A stretch of 64,000 nucleotides of DNA, from positions 11,595,818 to 11,659,817 of the forward strand of contig CM119265.1 of the NCBI GenBank assembly GCA_051294375.1. Direction: 5' to 3'. The notes below the pieces were generated by a model. That model saw only the letters and a list, made by a program, of their open reading frames with translations. It had not been told where the DNA came from and ran no database searches. This stretch comes from Paraspadella gotoi. Lineage: Eukaryota > Animalia > Chaetognatha. Below are positions 25,342-36,275 of this stretch, piece by piece. Each line of letters begins with the position of its first letter. The stretch's first letter is position 1. Both the position numbers and the translations under genes were made by a program.

Positions 25342-25822
25342 AGAGAGAGAAAGAAAGAAGAGAGAGAGAGAGAAGAGAGAGATAGAAAGAAAGAGAATAA
25401 ATCCACGAAAATCTCGGATGAAAATATGGGATATTGTATTGAAAAAAAGCGCGGAATAAATGGCAATAATAAAAAGTTTTTAGAAGGAAAAAATAATCAG
25501 AATTTTTCAAAAAACAAACGATCACGCAAAAGATCGGACAGATAGGGACAGACACACACAGAGAGACAGAGAGAGAGAGAGAAAAGAGAGAGAGAGAGAG
25601 ACAGCCGCTGCAGAGAAAAGAGAAAGAGAAAGAGCGATATATAATAATTAAAAGAGAGAGAGAAGCTCTACAGCCCCTTTACTCGTTAAAGAATCAGCAG
25701 TACTTATGGCGCCGCACGTAGCGTGAGCTATTCTCTACCCAAAGGACCCGGGTTCGCGCCCTGTTCGCGGCATCGTTTTTTACATTAGTGAACCCACATT
25801 ATATCTAAAAAATTTTTTGTAA

Positions 25823-25853
<31 letters not shown>

Positions 25854-26372
25854 AAGAAGCTGGACAGACGCTGCAGAGCCGGAACTCGTTTTTAGAAGAA
25901 GCAGTGACGGAGAAAAAGAGAGAGAGAGCGACATATAATTAAAACGTTTTTGTTTTGTAAATAAAACATAAAACAAATACCAATATTGATATGAAACATG
26001 AGAATTTTAAAGATCTTGAGGATTAGAAGCCATATATGAAAATTCAACTCCCTATGATATCACACTTTCAGAAGCCATGATTGCAAAAAAGCGAGACCGA
26101 AAGCTAAACCGAAAAAAAATCTAGACAGGACGGGCTTTGCCCGCCTGGCTCGATAATAGAGGATATTTGTTTGTTTGATAAAATGTAAACAAAACATTTA
26201 ATAACTGTCCTGACTCAATTTTAAGGACATCGATGATGACAAGCTGAATATAAATTATAATTAATCTATTAATTAATTAATTAATCTATTAATTAATTAA
26301 TTAATCTATTAATTAATTAATTAATTAATTAATTATCGTAGGCAGATCCGACATTGTTTGCTCAAACTTGTT
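23726..26372 (+). mobile_element. HINE/DINE-like element with ~155-bp central tandem repeats and (GA)n tracts
   Basis: 5' TTTTTAGTCGGATCTGCTTATCAGCAGATCC, (GTCC)n, repeated GTGGAAATGAGTTTAAATG units, 3' GGCAGATCCGACATTGTTTGCTCAAACTTGTT. Confidence 0.7.
25674..25784 (+). mobile_element. family-3 LTR fragment retaining the tRNA-like head but lacking the twister
   Basis: Aligns to ~15275-15368, then jumps to 15440-15459. Confidence 0.7.
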
Positions 26373-28072
26373 CATGGTAAGAACAACTTTTAAACATTAA
26401 ATTACTCGTCAGATCTATCGCGTTTTTTTAGATATACTACTGCTTAAGCAAAATAACGGCACACTATATTTTAAAACTTTTTCCCTTTTTTTCCATTATT
26501 TTTTTTTTCTCTCTAACTTTCTCTCTGTCTCTCTCTCTTTTTCTCTTTTTCTCTATGTCTTTCTCTCCTTCTTTCTCTCCCTTTCTCCTACTTTTCTGTC
26601 CTCATATTTCTGTGTCATCCCTTCATTTCTTCCTTAACCTTTATTTCCCTTCCTCTCAATCTCTGTTTTTCTCTCCCTCTCTGATTCTCTTTCTTCCCTG
26701 TTTCTTATCTTTTCTTTCAATTGTTCTTGTTTTCCCCCCTCTCCCCATATATTAATTTCTTTCCACTCTTTCTCCCTCTCCCTGCAATTTTTTTTACCCA
26801 TTCTCTCTCTTCTCTTTTCTTCTCTTTTTCTCATTCTCACTCATTTTTTGCATTCATATCATTATATGATAATCCTTTCTTTTTCGTTGTAAATGATTTA
26901 GAGAAAAAAGTTTTTATTAGTTTTCAACAAAAATTTTTTCTCTAAATGCATTCATGTCATACTGGATGTATAAAAAACTTTAAAATGTATTGTAAGAAAA
27001 AATATCAAGGGTAGTGTATGATTTTAGATGAAGTTTGGTTGCCAAGCAGATTTAAAAAATCCAAATGATTTTTGCGGAAATTTTTTCCGCAAAAACCTGT
27101 CGATTGAGAGAAATTAATTTGCTGACGCTTCCCCTTTCAATAAAAGAAGGCGGTTTTTTTTAATTCGTCAACTTTAGTATGTTTCTCATCTATTAAAATT
27201 ATAAAATAATATATATATTAAGCTGGATCGATTAGCGAATTAAGCTCTACCTCTCGAATTTTCCTATACTTTATTAAGTGTAGATTCTGAAAATAATAAA
27301 AAAATTTCATGAATTTAAAAATCAAACGCCTTTTTTCATAATATACATTATTCGTATAAACGCGAACTCGGATTTGAGAATCCGGTGCTCCGATCGGAAG
27401 ATTCTGGCGAAATGCATTCTCCTTTCTACACGAGATTCGATTGACCAATCAGAGCGCAGTATTTTGCGGCATTAATTGGCTCTTAAATTGACCGGCGATC
27501 AAGAAAAGCTTTGATCAAACTTTTCTATATTTTTTTTTATTGATTTGATATTTGTTATCATAATTGAAAATTAAGCATATAAATATTATTAGACTAATAT
27601 AGATATTTCATTTAATTATTATTTTCATTTGGTGCATACAAATTAAGTACGGTTGAGTCAATATCTTGCTTTTTCAAAATTATACCACATTTTCACGAAC
27701 TTCAAAGTCAGGGGCAAGATAGTTTATTAAATGAATGGATAATTTTTATATTAGTTGTACCAATTTCATAAACACTCAAACCTTAGGTCATTCATTAAAT
27801 ATTTATTCTCTCTATCTTTCTCACTGTCTACATTATTATTAAATCTAAGATCACGAAGTTGATTCCTCCATTATTTATTATTTAAAATATTCTTTGAGAG
27901 TCATCGCATATACCGAGATAATGAATTAGATAGAGATTACACATGGGAGTACTTTAAATGATGACTTTAAAAACGAGGAGGGGCGGGGGGGTGGAGGGAT
28001 TAATCCCTGATTTTGGTCACTCACTCACTCTCTCTCTCTTTCTTTTTTGCTCTGTCTATTAACTTACTCATT

Positions 28073-28115
28073 TGGCCCTGAAGATGATCTGTCCAATGGA
28101 TCGAAATGTTGGTCA
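28073..28115 (+). ncRNA. minimal type-I hammerhead remnant (Penelope-like), within inverted repeat ~27931-28157
   Basis: TGGCC-CTGAAGA-TGATC..GATC-GAAA-TGTT-GGTCA; flanked by inverted TAGAGATTACACATGGGAGTAC copies. Confidence 0.6.
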
Positions 28116-28559
28116 TAAATAAAAATACTGTACCTGTACTCCCATGTGTAATCTCTAATTTATTTAATTATTATTATTATTATTATTTATTTATTTAATT
28201 TTTCCCCCTTATATAATATACATCAATAGTCGAGGAATTGTATCCTCTTTTAAAACTAAAATTTTTTTAGAGAAGTTAAATAATTCTTATATTTCTGTTA
28301 CACAAATTATTTTTTTTTAAATCTCTTTAAAATAAAATTATGAATGTAGCAAGTCATATCTTTTTAAATACAAATCAAGCTTCAAGCAAATATACGAAAT
28401 TAGCACTAGGAAGAATTCTTTAGGAAAAAGAGTTTATCTAAGTTACAAGGGAGGGACCCTATATCGAGACAAAACTTAACATCCTGCCCTGTCTGAACGA
28501 TTTGAGATACTATGGCAGAAGGATAGCCTGTGATACCGGGGCGCGGGGTATCTCACCAA

Positions 28560-28639
28560 CTGGCGTAGGGGCTGCGGACCCTCAGTGACCGCTCCTGTCC
28601 ACTGGCATGCTTATACCGGCACCGTCCCATTTAAGCCAG
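28560..28639 (-). ncRNA. twister ribozyme, type P5 (divergent LTR)
   Basis: P5 CUGGC/GCCAG; P2 CAU/AUG; GA-CGG with L4 UCCGCAGC; P1 UGCCGGUA; UAA; P4 AGGG/CCCU. Confidence 0.78.
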
Positions 28640-29023
28640 AACCGGGATACCCAGGATTGAACCCGGGACAGCGGATGGAATGAGATGATTTAGGCTGCTC
28701 AGCCATTGAGACGAGGTGAGGACGGACAGCAGTGAGGCAGTTTTAAGTCTTGCTGCCACAGGATCCCCCACCAGACTTCTCCACAGGGCTCATCCTGAGG
28801 AGATGTCTGAGAGAAGGTTTTGATCTCATTGCCATAGAGCGAGCGTGCGAGGGCGCGAGAGCGAGCTGGAGCGTTACCAGGAAGTGGGCTAGGCGTATAT
28901 GCATTCCCTAAGCCACGTAAGCGTGGGCGCACGGTGCGCAGCGGTTGCGTGTTCGAGAGTAGGGCTCACCACTTATGGCAACAGCCGGGTTGCCTGTGAT
29001 GCCCATTGGATGGGCATCTCACT

Positions 29024-29103
29024 GTTGGCTTTGGGGGCTTCCGACCCTCAGTGACGCCTCCAGTCACTGGCGCGGTTACCCTAGGACGGTCTCGCTTGCC
29101 AAC
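29024..29103 (-). ncRNA. twister ribozyme, type P5
   Basis: P5 GUUGGC/GCCAAC; P2 CGC/GCG; GA-CCG with L4 UCGGAAGC; P1 UCCUAGGG; UAA; P3 AGUGAC/GUCACU. Confidence 0.82.
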
Positions 29104-29505
29104 GCAGAGGGAAGTCGTTAGGACTGTGGATGGAACACTAAGCCTGATGGTGTGTTCCCCCTCTGAGCCAATGGATTTGGCTGAAGGATGGTGGACGCGA
29201 GGCGGTAGTGATATACGCCACAGGATCCCCGGCCAAGACATCACTCAGGTTCCTCAAGCCTGACGAGGTGTTTGACAAGATGTTACCATAGTGGGAGAGG
29301 AGAGAGAGCGCGAGTTGTGGGGCATAGGCGTTTTGTCGTAGCGTACCCCAGGGGCATAGCGTTTGTCGTAGCTGTACCCAAAGTCGGCAGGGCATAGGCG
29401 GTTTGTCGTAGCGTACCCTGAGAAGGTTGCGTGTTCAATAGTAGGGCTCACCACTTATGGCAACAGCCGGGTTGCCTGTGATGCCATTGGGATGGGCATC
29501 TCACT

Positions 29506-29587
29506 GTTGGCTTTGGGGGCTTCCGACCCTCAGTGACGCCTCCAGTCACTGGCGCGCGTTACCCTAGGACGGTCTCGCTTTGCCAAC
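29506..29587 (-). ncRNA. twister ribozyme, type P5
   Basis: Near-identical to 29024-29103. Confidence 0.78.
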
Positions 29588-32356
29588 GCAGAGGGAAGTC
29601 GTTAGGACTGTGGATGGAACACTACGCCTGGGATGGTGTGTTCCCCCTCTGAGCCAATGGCATTTGGCTGAAGGATGGTGGACGTGAGGCGGTGTGAATA
29701 ACTGAATAACTGAATATACCGCCACAATACAATAATAAAATTAGTGGCAAACGTTTTTTCTGACTTTATACTTTTACATACAATGAAACAAAATAAATTT
29801 TTAAGCAACTACGTTTTTATGCATTCTATTGCATACGATAAAAGCCATATTTGTTAATATTTTTAAGTAGTCGTTTCTGAACATGACAGGGTTATGTCTT
29901 ATCGTCTGATCACCTGATTTTAAGCTTTTCATCACTATTCAAATTAAACCAATTTAATTTTTTTGAGATTATGAGAGAAAGAAGAGAGAGAAACATATAG
30001 AGTAAAAGAGAAAGAGTAAGAGAAAAGAGCAAAAGATTAAGAGAGAAAATTTAAGTATTATTTGCCTGCTTGACCACTTTGGCTATCAGCGGGCTTTCTT
30101 TTACTTTGTTTCTGACACGCTTACTTTCTGTTTTACTCTTTAATATTGTTACAAAATCTTTTTCAATTGTTTTAGGCAAAATATTCATTATACTACTACT
30201 AAATAACTTTTTAACCTAAAAAAAATTTAAAATTTCAAAAATTTTAAGGTCACGTGACCAATATTGTCCAATCACAGATCGCGATTGGCTATTTTTTTAT
30301 AAATTGAAAAAAAGGCGTGTGATCTCGAATATTTTTTAATCAATTGCTTTTGTGAAAGCAAAGGAAACAACAAAAGGCAAAGGAAAAACCGAGAGGTAGA
30401 AGATTTTGAAAAAAAATATACGTCAGAGATCCGCCTTAATATATATATATATTACACGGACCATATCCTTGCAGTTTAAACTGTTAAACTTCGCGCAGTT
30501 TCGGGGAAACTAACTATATGTTCACCGCCACTACGCTTTACCGGGGATCTTATTCCCGGCATATCCCCGCCCCAATTATTGACGGGGACCAGAAATGGCC
30601 TTCTATCTCTCTCTCTCTCTCTCAAGCGTTCCTTGTTTTTCTGGGCTTCAAGGTATTGCAATGACGATAACAATGAGGGTCACAGATTGAAATTTTTTTG
30701 CTCTCTTTTTTGATATTTTTAATCACGACAGGAATATTTAAGACAGAAAAAGTAAGACAAAAAAGACAAAAAGAAAGACTATGAAAAAAATTTAAAATAT
30801 AAAAAAAAGAAATTAAGAAAGAAAGAAAAGAAAAAAAGAAAATTACAAACATCAAGTCTCATTTTTAAAGGGAAAAAAGCGTTTATTTTTTAACAATCAT
30901 GAAACTTTTAACTTTCAATTTCAACCATCTAAAAACAAACAAGTTTGACCAAACAATGATCAATTAATCAATAAACGTTGGTATTATCTTCTTTTTCGTT
31001 GCCATAAACAACATTTTTTTGTTGTGGTTTCTGGTTAGTCACTTGACAAAAAGACCTAAAAACAAAAAAGTTTGTAAAAATAATTAATTTATTAATTAAT
31101 TAATATGTAAGAAACTAAATAAACAGTGTTTTAACTAATTAATTAATTAATTATCGCTAATGATAGTCAGCAGATCCGGCATTGTTTGCTTTCTTTTATT
31201 CTAAGTAAAACTAAAACTTTCAACTTGAATTGAGAAACAAGAAAAATTTGTTTTCTAATGCCAAATAGTAAAAACATATCAAATTATAGTAACATTATAA
31301 TTTTATATATATAATTTATATATATTATAAATTTTTTCTTTTCTTTTTTTAATTTAATTAATCATTTTAAATTAACAAAATGTTTGGAAAGTAAAACAAA
31401 AGAAAGAGAAAAAATGAAAGTAAAAGAAAAAAAAAGGAATACAGAGAAAGTAAGAGAGAGAGAAAGAGGAAAAAGAGTGAATGAAAAAAAAGAGGGGGGG
31501 AGAGAGAGAGTGACGCAGTTGTGATAGCTTCCCGACGGGGATTTATGCAAGGGATTCGCGGCGGGATCGGGCTTCAATCTACGATCCCCTTCAAAAATCG
31601 TGGCGGGGATTCCCTGTAGTTGTTAAAAAATGAACAGTTGCAGGGAACAGTGGCAGTGTGCAGCGAGAACTGTCCCCTTATTGCCAGTTCGAACTGAGCG
31701 TTTATGAGCCGCGTCATACTTGAAAACCGAGTTTTAGTTCAAATAAAACTCACCTCACAAATCCTCACAAATTAAAAATAGGCTTAAAAATTGTTTTGCA
31801 GCTAAAGTATTAAATATTTTGCCCTAATTTTTTAGCTACCAGAAGCACCAACAATAGGGAATATTTGATTAGAATTGTGGACATTTTCAAGTATTTTCGT
31901 TTAACAAATTGTAATAAAATGTAAAAATGTAAGTTTTTGACTAGTCAATTTAAAAATTAATTCATAGGCAAACAATAAATGACTAACGGCAAATGAACCA
32001 ACTCGGAGGTAAAGAAGATAAGGACCCGAAATCCGGAGTAAAAAAATTTTGTTCAATGATCTTGGCGTTCAAATCTCAAGACAAAAGTCAAAATGGACAT
32101 AAATGGACATTATTTTTTTATTAAAAATAGCAAAAATGATATTGATTCTTGATTAGAAAATGCGGCAGATGATTTCAATTAATCCGTAGTCTCGCCAAAT
32201 TTGTCTTAGAGTTAAAATTTAATCATTTTTGTTGGTAATATTTCAACAATATTGAAAAAAGTGGTTTTTTTGCTAAATTCCTCGATAGAAATCACTGCCC
32301 CAACTAAAGTTTATCGAAAGTCCGCGCCACTCTGAAATCAAGTTGTACTGACTCAC

Positions 32357-32432
32357 CTCCTTGTTCGTTGCAAACGTTGACGATGAAGAACCTGGCGCCA
32401 TCAACTACGCATGAGCAAGTTCCTCGAAACTC
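32357..32432 (-). CDS. LOTUS-RRM-CCHC-Tudor gene, exon 6
   Basis: attcag| ... G|gtgagt; EFRGTCSCVVDGARFFIVNVCNEQG forms the N-terminal strands of the extended Tudor. Confidence 0.85.
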
Positions 32433-32443
32433 CTGAATTAATA

Positions 32444-33343
32444 CAGAAGGCTTCATATTATAAAATGAGGTACTGTGGTGGTATATTCACACTACCTCAC
32501 GTTCACGATCATTCAGCCAATACCATTGGCTCAGAGGGGGAACACACCATCCCAGGCGCTGTGTTCCATCCACACTTCAGTCCAAACGACTTCCCTCTGC
32601 GTTGGCTAAGCGAGACTGTCCTAGGGTAACCGAGCCAGTAACTGGATGCGTCACTGAGGATCGGAAGCCCCAAAAGCCAACAGTGAGATGCCCCATCCCA
32701 ATGGGCATCACAGGCAACCCGGCTGTTGCCATAGTACCCCTTTTTTGTGACCAGAACTCGTTCCAAGAAAACTACAGTACCAAATTTATTGAAATCTGGT
32801 ATGAACGATCTCTATGTGAATACAAATAGAACTATTGAGGCGAATTTCAATATTTGACCCCTAGCCGAGATATGGGGCCCCCCGGGGGGTCACCCATAAA
32901 GGCAAAAAATGGTCAAAATTTTTAAATAAATGTTTTCCTTATTTTTGTTTTGAACAGTTGCATAGACGGTTACTCTCCCACAAAAACGTATTTATTACCT
33001 TAAAAATATTAGTTTACCTTAATTTTCAGCTTCATAAACATCAGCAGTAGAATAATTTGGGAAAATTGGAAGTAAAACGATGAACCATGCATCTTCAAAC
33101 AATGCTTAATTATTGAGAATTTATCAATTTTAGTTCTAAAATGATTTTTTCATATGTTTAAAACTTCAATGCACCTGTATCTCTTGTCAGGGGTTGAATA
33201 TCAAAATTCGCCTTGATAGTTCCATTTATATTGTCATTAGGAGTCTATATGAAAATTTTCATGAAATTCGATGGGGTAGTTTGGTGGGAACAGATTCTGG
33301 TCACAAAAAAGGGGTACCTCATTTTATAATATGAAGCCTTCTG
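32444..33343. mobile_element. TA-flanked MITE (TIR CAGAAGGCTTCATATTATAAAATG)
   Basis: Long TIRs with TA flanks; other copies at 45612-46318 and a partial copy from ~43259. Confidence 0.85.
32474..32733 (+). mobile_element. family-2 solo LTR with mutated twister (32601-32681)
   Basis: TGTGG...GCCATA, TSD GTAC, inserted in the MITE TIR; homologous to 28974-29222. Confidence 0.9.
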
Positions 33344-33361
33344 TAACAAATTAACAAAATA

Positions 33362-35553
33362 CAGTCCTGTGCAAAAAATAAGGCCACCCTAAAACATTAC
33401 GCAAATGTTAGATTCCTTCATTAGGAAAATTTTAAAAAATTAATAAAAACGTTTTGGCTTCACGAGTCTTAAGAAAAAGGGTCATTCAATTCAACTTTAA
33501 AATAGGCTAAAATGGAGTACAAATTCAGAAAGCTGAGCTCCTGGCGATTCCGAAAATGTATTCACTTTAAGCATTTGATGCATTCTACCCCATTTTATAT
33601 CGGTTTTAATTATAATATAAAATAAAAGAAACCTATCTGAAGAGTTGCAGGTCAAACGAAAAGGCCAATCCACCTGATATTTTTTATGAATTTTTTATTA
33701 CTGAATTAGAAAAATGTAATAAGAGAGACATTTTTAAATTTCAACTTGTATCCTTGAAATGAAAACGTTTTTAAACTTTAACCCTGAATTCTTTCTAACT
33801 GGAACGCGTTTATCAAAATGTCCCTCTATTACATTTTTACAAATGTTTTTAAGATTGCTAATCAAATTTTTAATTCAATATTATTGCAGTCGTTTAGGCT
33901 GCAACTCTTCAAATCAGTGTAGATTCATTGTAGCTCGAATTTCTTTACCATCTATTTAACTGAAGATTTTGTTCATGACTGGAAAACCAACCGAAGTAAC
34001 GAGATTAATTGCTTAATTCTCCCCTTCTAAATTATCCCATACCGTGTTTTAACTTCTTACCTAGAATTTTTTAACAACCAGATTGAAAAACAAATCTTTA
34101 GAAAATGTGCTACCCATTTAACTTAACATTTTGTTATTTACCCATTTAAAAAAAATTATTGAAAACGGAATGTTTACATATAAATAAGAACTTATTTTTT
34201 TGTGATTACTGATAACTATAATGTATTTCTCGATATATTAGCTCAAACATAAAGATACGTATTGTTATGCTGAATGGCCTTTCCTCTTAATCAGCGTTTT
34301 TGTTTTTTCTGTTCTCTCTTTCTGTTTTTTTCCTAATTCAAAAACTTAACGAAAAAAGAAACTTAATGATTCCTACATTATAAAAGATATTATAAGTTAA
34401 TATTATTCAATATTCATGGAAAAAAGTTATTCATGCAAATTCGAGACCTCCAAGAGATCCTAGATGGAAGCGAAACGCCGCGTCGAGAGCCAACTTTAGG
34501 CGGAGTGGGGCGCCGAAGAGAAAATGCAGGGAGAGGAGAGTCGCTGAGATGGTCGTTGATCGTGCCGTCGGCGAGACCCTTCTCGCAAAACTACCCGAGG
34601 AAGCGCAGGACGTCCTCAGGAGAGGATTCAGATCCTTGAACCTCTCTATCCAGAAGGAAGACGTCAGAAGGAGCTCCAAGCTCTCGCGAAAAGATCGCTT
34701 GTAGACTACTCCGGCATCGGCGATGGAGAAGGTGGAAACGTTGAGGTCAGAAAATATGGCGCCGCCTAAAATCATTTTGACAATGAGCTTGAAAACGGCG
34801 GCGGAACCCCTAAAGCAAGGTCGGCGACGAGGTCCTTGAACGCCGGAAGGCGTTTCTTCCAGGAACTCAAGAAAGAGGTTTAGAGACAAAACTGAGCCAG
34901 CCAGAACGGGGTGATCAGGGGGAAGACAGCCTTCGTCATCCCCTGCTTGTGGATCTCCAGCGTCAGAAGAGGAGGGGTAGTCCAAGTCGAAGATCCAGCA
35001 TTGCGCCATTGCCTCCGGCGTCGCCTCCCAGGCAAAAAAAAAACTGGAATTTGAGCCGAGAGGGGCGTCGCGAAAAAAACGATGCTGGAGGAGATTGAGG
35101 TCGAACCACTGACGGAACACCCTCGATGGGGATTCCATGTTGCAGCCCCTCAATGCCAGACCCGTGATGAGAATCTCGTCGGGCAAACACCAAGTTGTGG
35201 AAACTTTACTTAGATTTTTTATAAAAAATATAAAGTTGTTTCATTGTTGGAGACGGAAACATAAAAGCAAAACAGTAAAAAGGTTATAAACAATAAAGGT
35301 CATAAACAATAAAAGATAGAATCATGAATGGGTAAACAAGATTAATTGGTTCCGTGGTCAGTTTTAACTGACCACGAAATGGTTAAGTGGTTGTTTGATG
35401 ATCGAGTTGTAAAGTTGTTGTTGTTTAGGCCGCTAAAATTCCTCCTTTAAAAATTTATATTTACCATTTATTCTTTTTTATAATTGATTAATAAAATGTG
35501 CGCATTTTAAGATATAAGACTAAGAGTGGCCTCTTTTTTTTTGCACTGGAGTG
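33362..35553. mobile_element. possible Tc1-like element with imperfect TIRs enclosing a GC-rich ORF
   Basis: TA|CAGTCCTGTGCAAAAAATAAGGCCAC versus reverse complement TA|CACTCCAGTGCAAAAAAAAAGAGGCCAC; left arm homologous to ~12310-12720 plus 14136-14490. Confidence 0.45.
34431..35186 (-). CDS. unidentified GC-rich ORF (>=251 codons) in intron 5 of the Tudor gene
   Basis: Exon-like GC content, uninterrupted frame; no in-phase acceptor and no confident domain. Confidence 0.4.
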   Translation of the reverse strand: MPDEILITGLALRGCNMESPSRVFRQWFDLNLLQHRFFRDAPLGSNSSFFFAWEATPEAMAQCWIFDLDYPSSSDAGDPQAGDDEGCLPPDHPVLAGSVLSLNLFLEFLEETPSGVQGPRRRPCFRGSAAVFKLIVKMILGGAIFSDLNVSTFSIADAGVVYKRSFRESLELLLTSSFWIERFKDLNPLLRTSCASSGSFARRVSPTARSTTISATLLSLHFLFGAPLRLKLALDAAFRFHLGSLGGLEFA

Positions 35554-36275
35554 TAGCATTTAACTATCAAAAAACTAGCCTACACATTAAGTTTTGATAT
35601 GAAGCCTTCTGTATTGAACCTGGAGTCAGGCATTGCATAAGTTCACCGCGCCTATAAGCATGACACCTTCAGTCGTGACCCAGTGGCTCATTGAGTAAAG
35701 CCATCAGCTCATGACCACTACATGGTGACAATTTTACAAGCGCCGGTAAAAAAACGCTGCCACTTGCAAACCCATGAAGATTTTTTCAATGTGAGTTTGT
35801 CCATTTTTACTCTGTTGTACATTGTAACTATTTACAATGTAACTATTTTTTCTGCCTCTGTTTCTCTCTCTCTCTCTCCCTCAATTTTTTCACCTTTCAA
35901 ATTTCAACCAATTTACCTTCACCTGTCCTCACATCGGACCACTGGCCTTTCTCAATTCTTTGTTGGAATCTCCCTCTTTCTCTCTCTCTCTCTAAAAAAC
36001 ATTGAGAGTCTTCATCAGCATTTGAATAATCAACAGAGTCGAAACATGTCCGACTTTCTTTGGCAATAAAGAAAAATTCGTTTTCACACACTAAAAACTT
36101 TTTTTTTTAAACTTAAACGCAACGAAAAGAAAGAATCATAACAATGTTAAATATGAAATTAAGAGTAAAAACCAAAACTATTTTTGTATGCAAATTTTAT
36201 ATGATTCGATTTTGATATGCCTTAGCAATGATAGCTGGAAGATAGATTTGAAAACTCACTGTTTTTAGATTGAAT

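Larger units (their letters stand above)
28511..29726 (-). mobile_element. three-LTR tandem TRIM/retrozyme, family 2 (LTRs 29456-29726, 28974-29222, 28511-28760)
   Basis: Single TSD ATAC; each LTR reads TGTGGC...GCCATA; two internal segments each start with PBS TGGTGAGCCCTAC and end GGGGATCC. Confidence 0.88.

Noticed and set aside
24757-26945. ORFs rich in SLSL, ERER or Phe
   Set aside because: Translations of (GA)n and pyrimidine tracts; the same applies to 6813-7143 and 60852-61170.
30470-31720. Small GC-rich patches as extra exons
   Set aside because: No splice-site pair with phases fitting the Tudor gene and no recognisable peptide.
34403-34418. 16-mer TTATTCAATATTCATG shared with 46416-46431, downstream of two GC-rich ORFs
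   Set aside because: An AT-rich 16-mer match can arise by chance in 64 kb of this composition; no wider homology.
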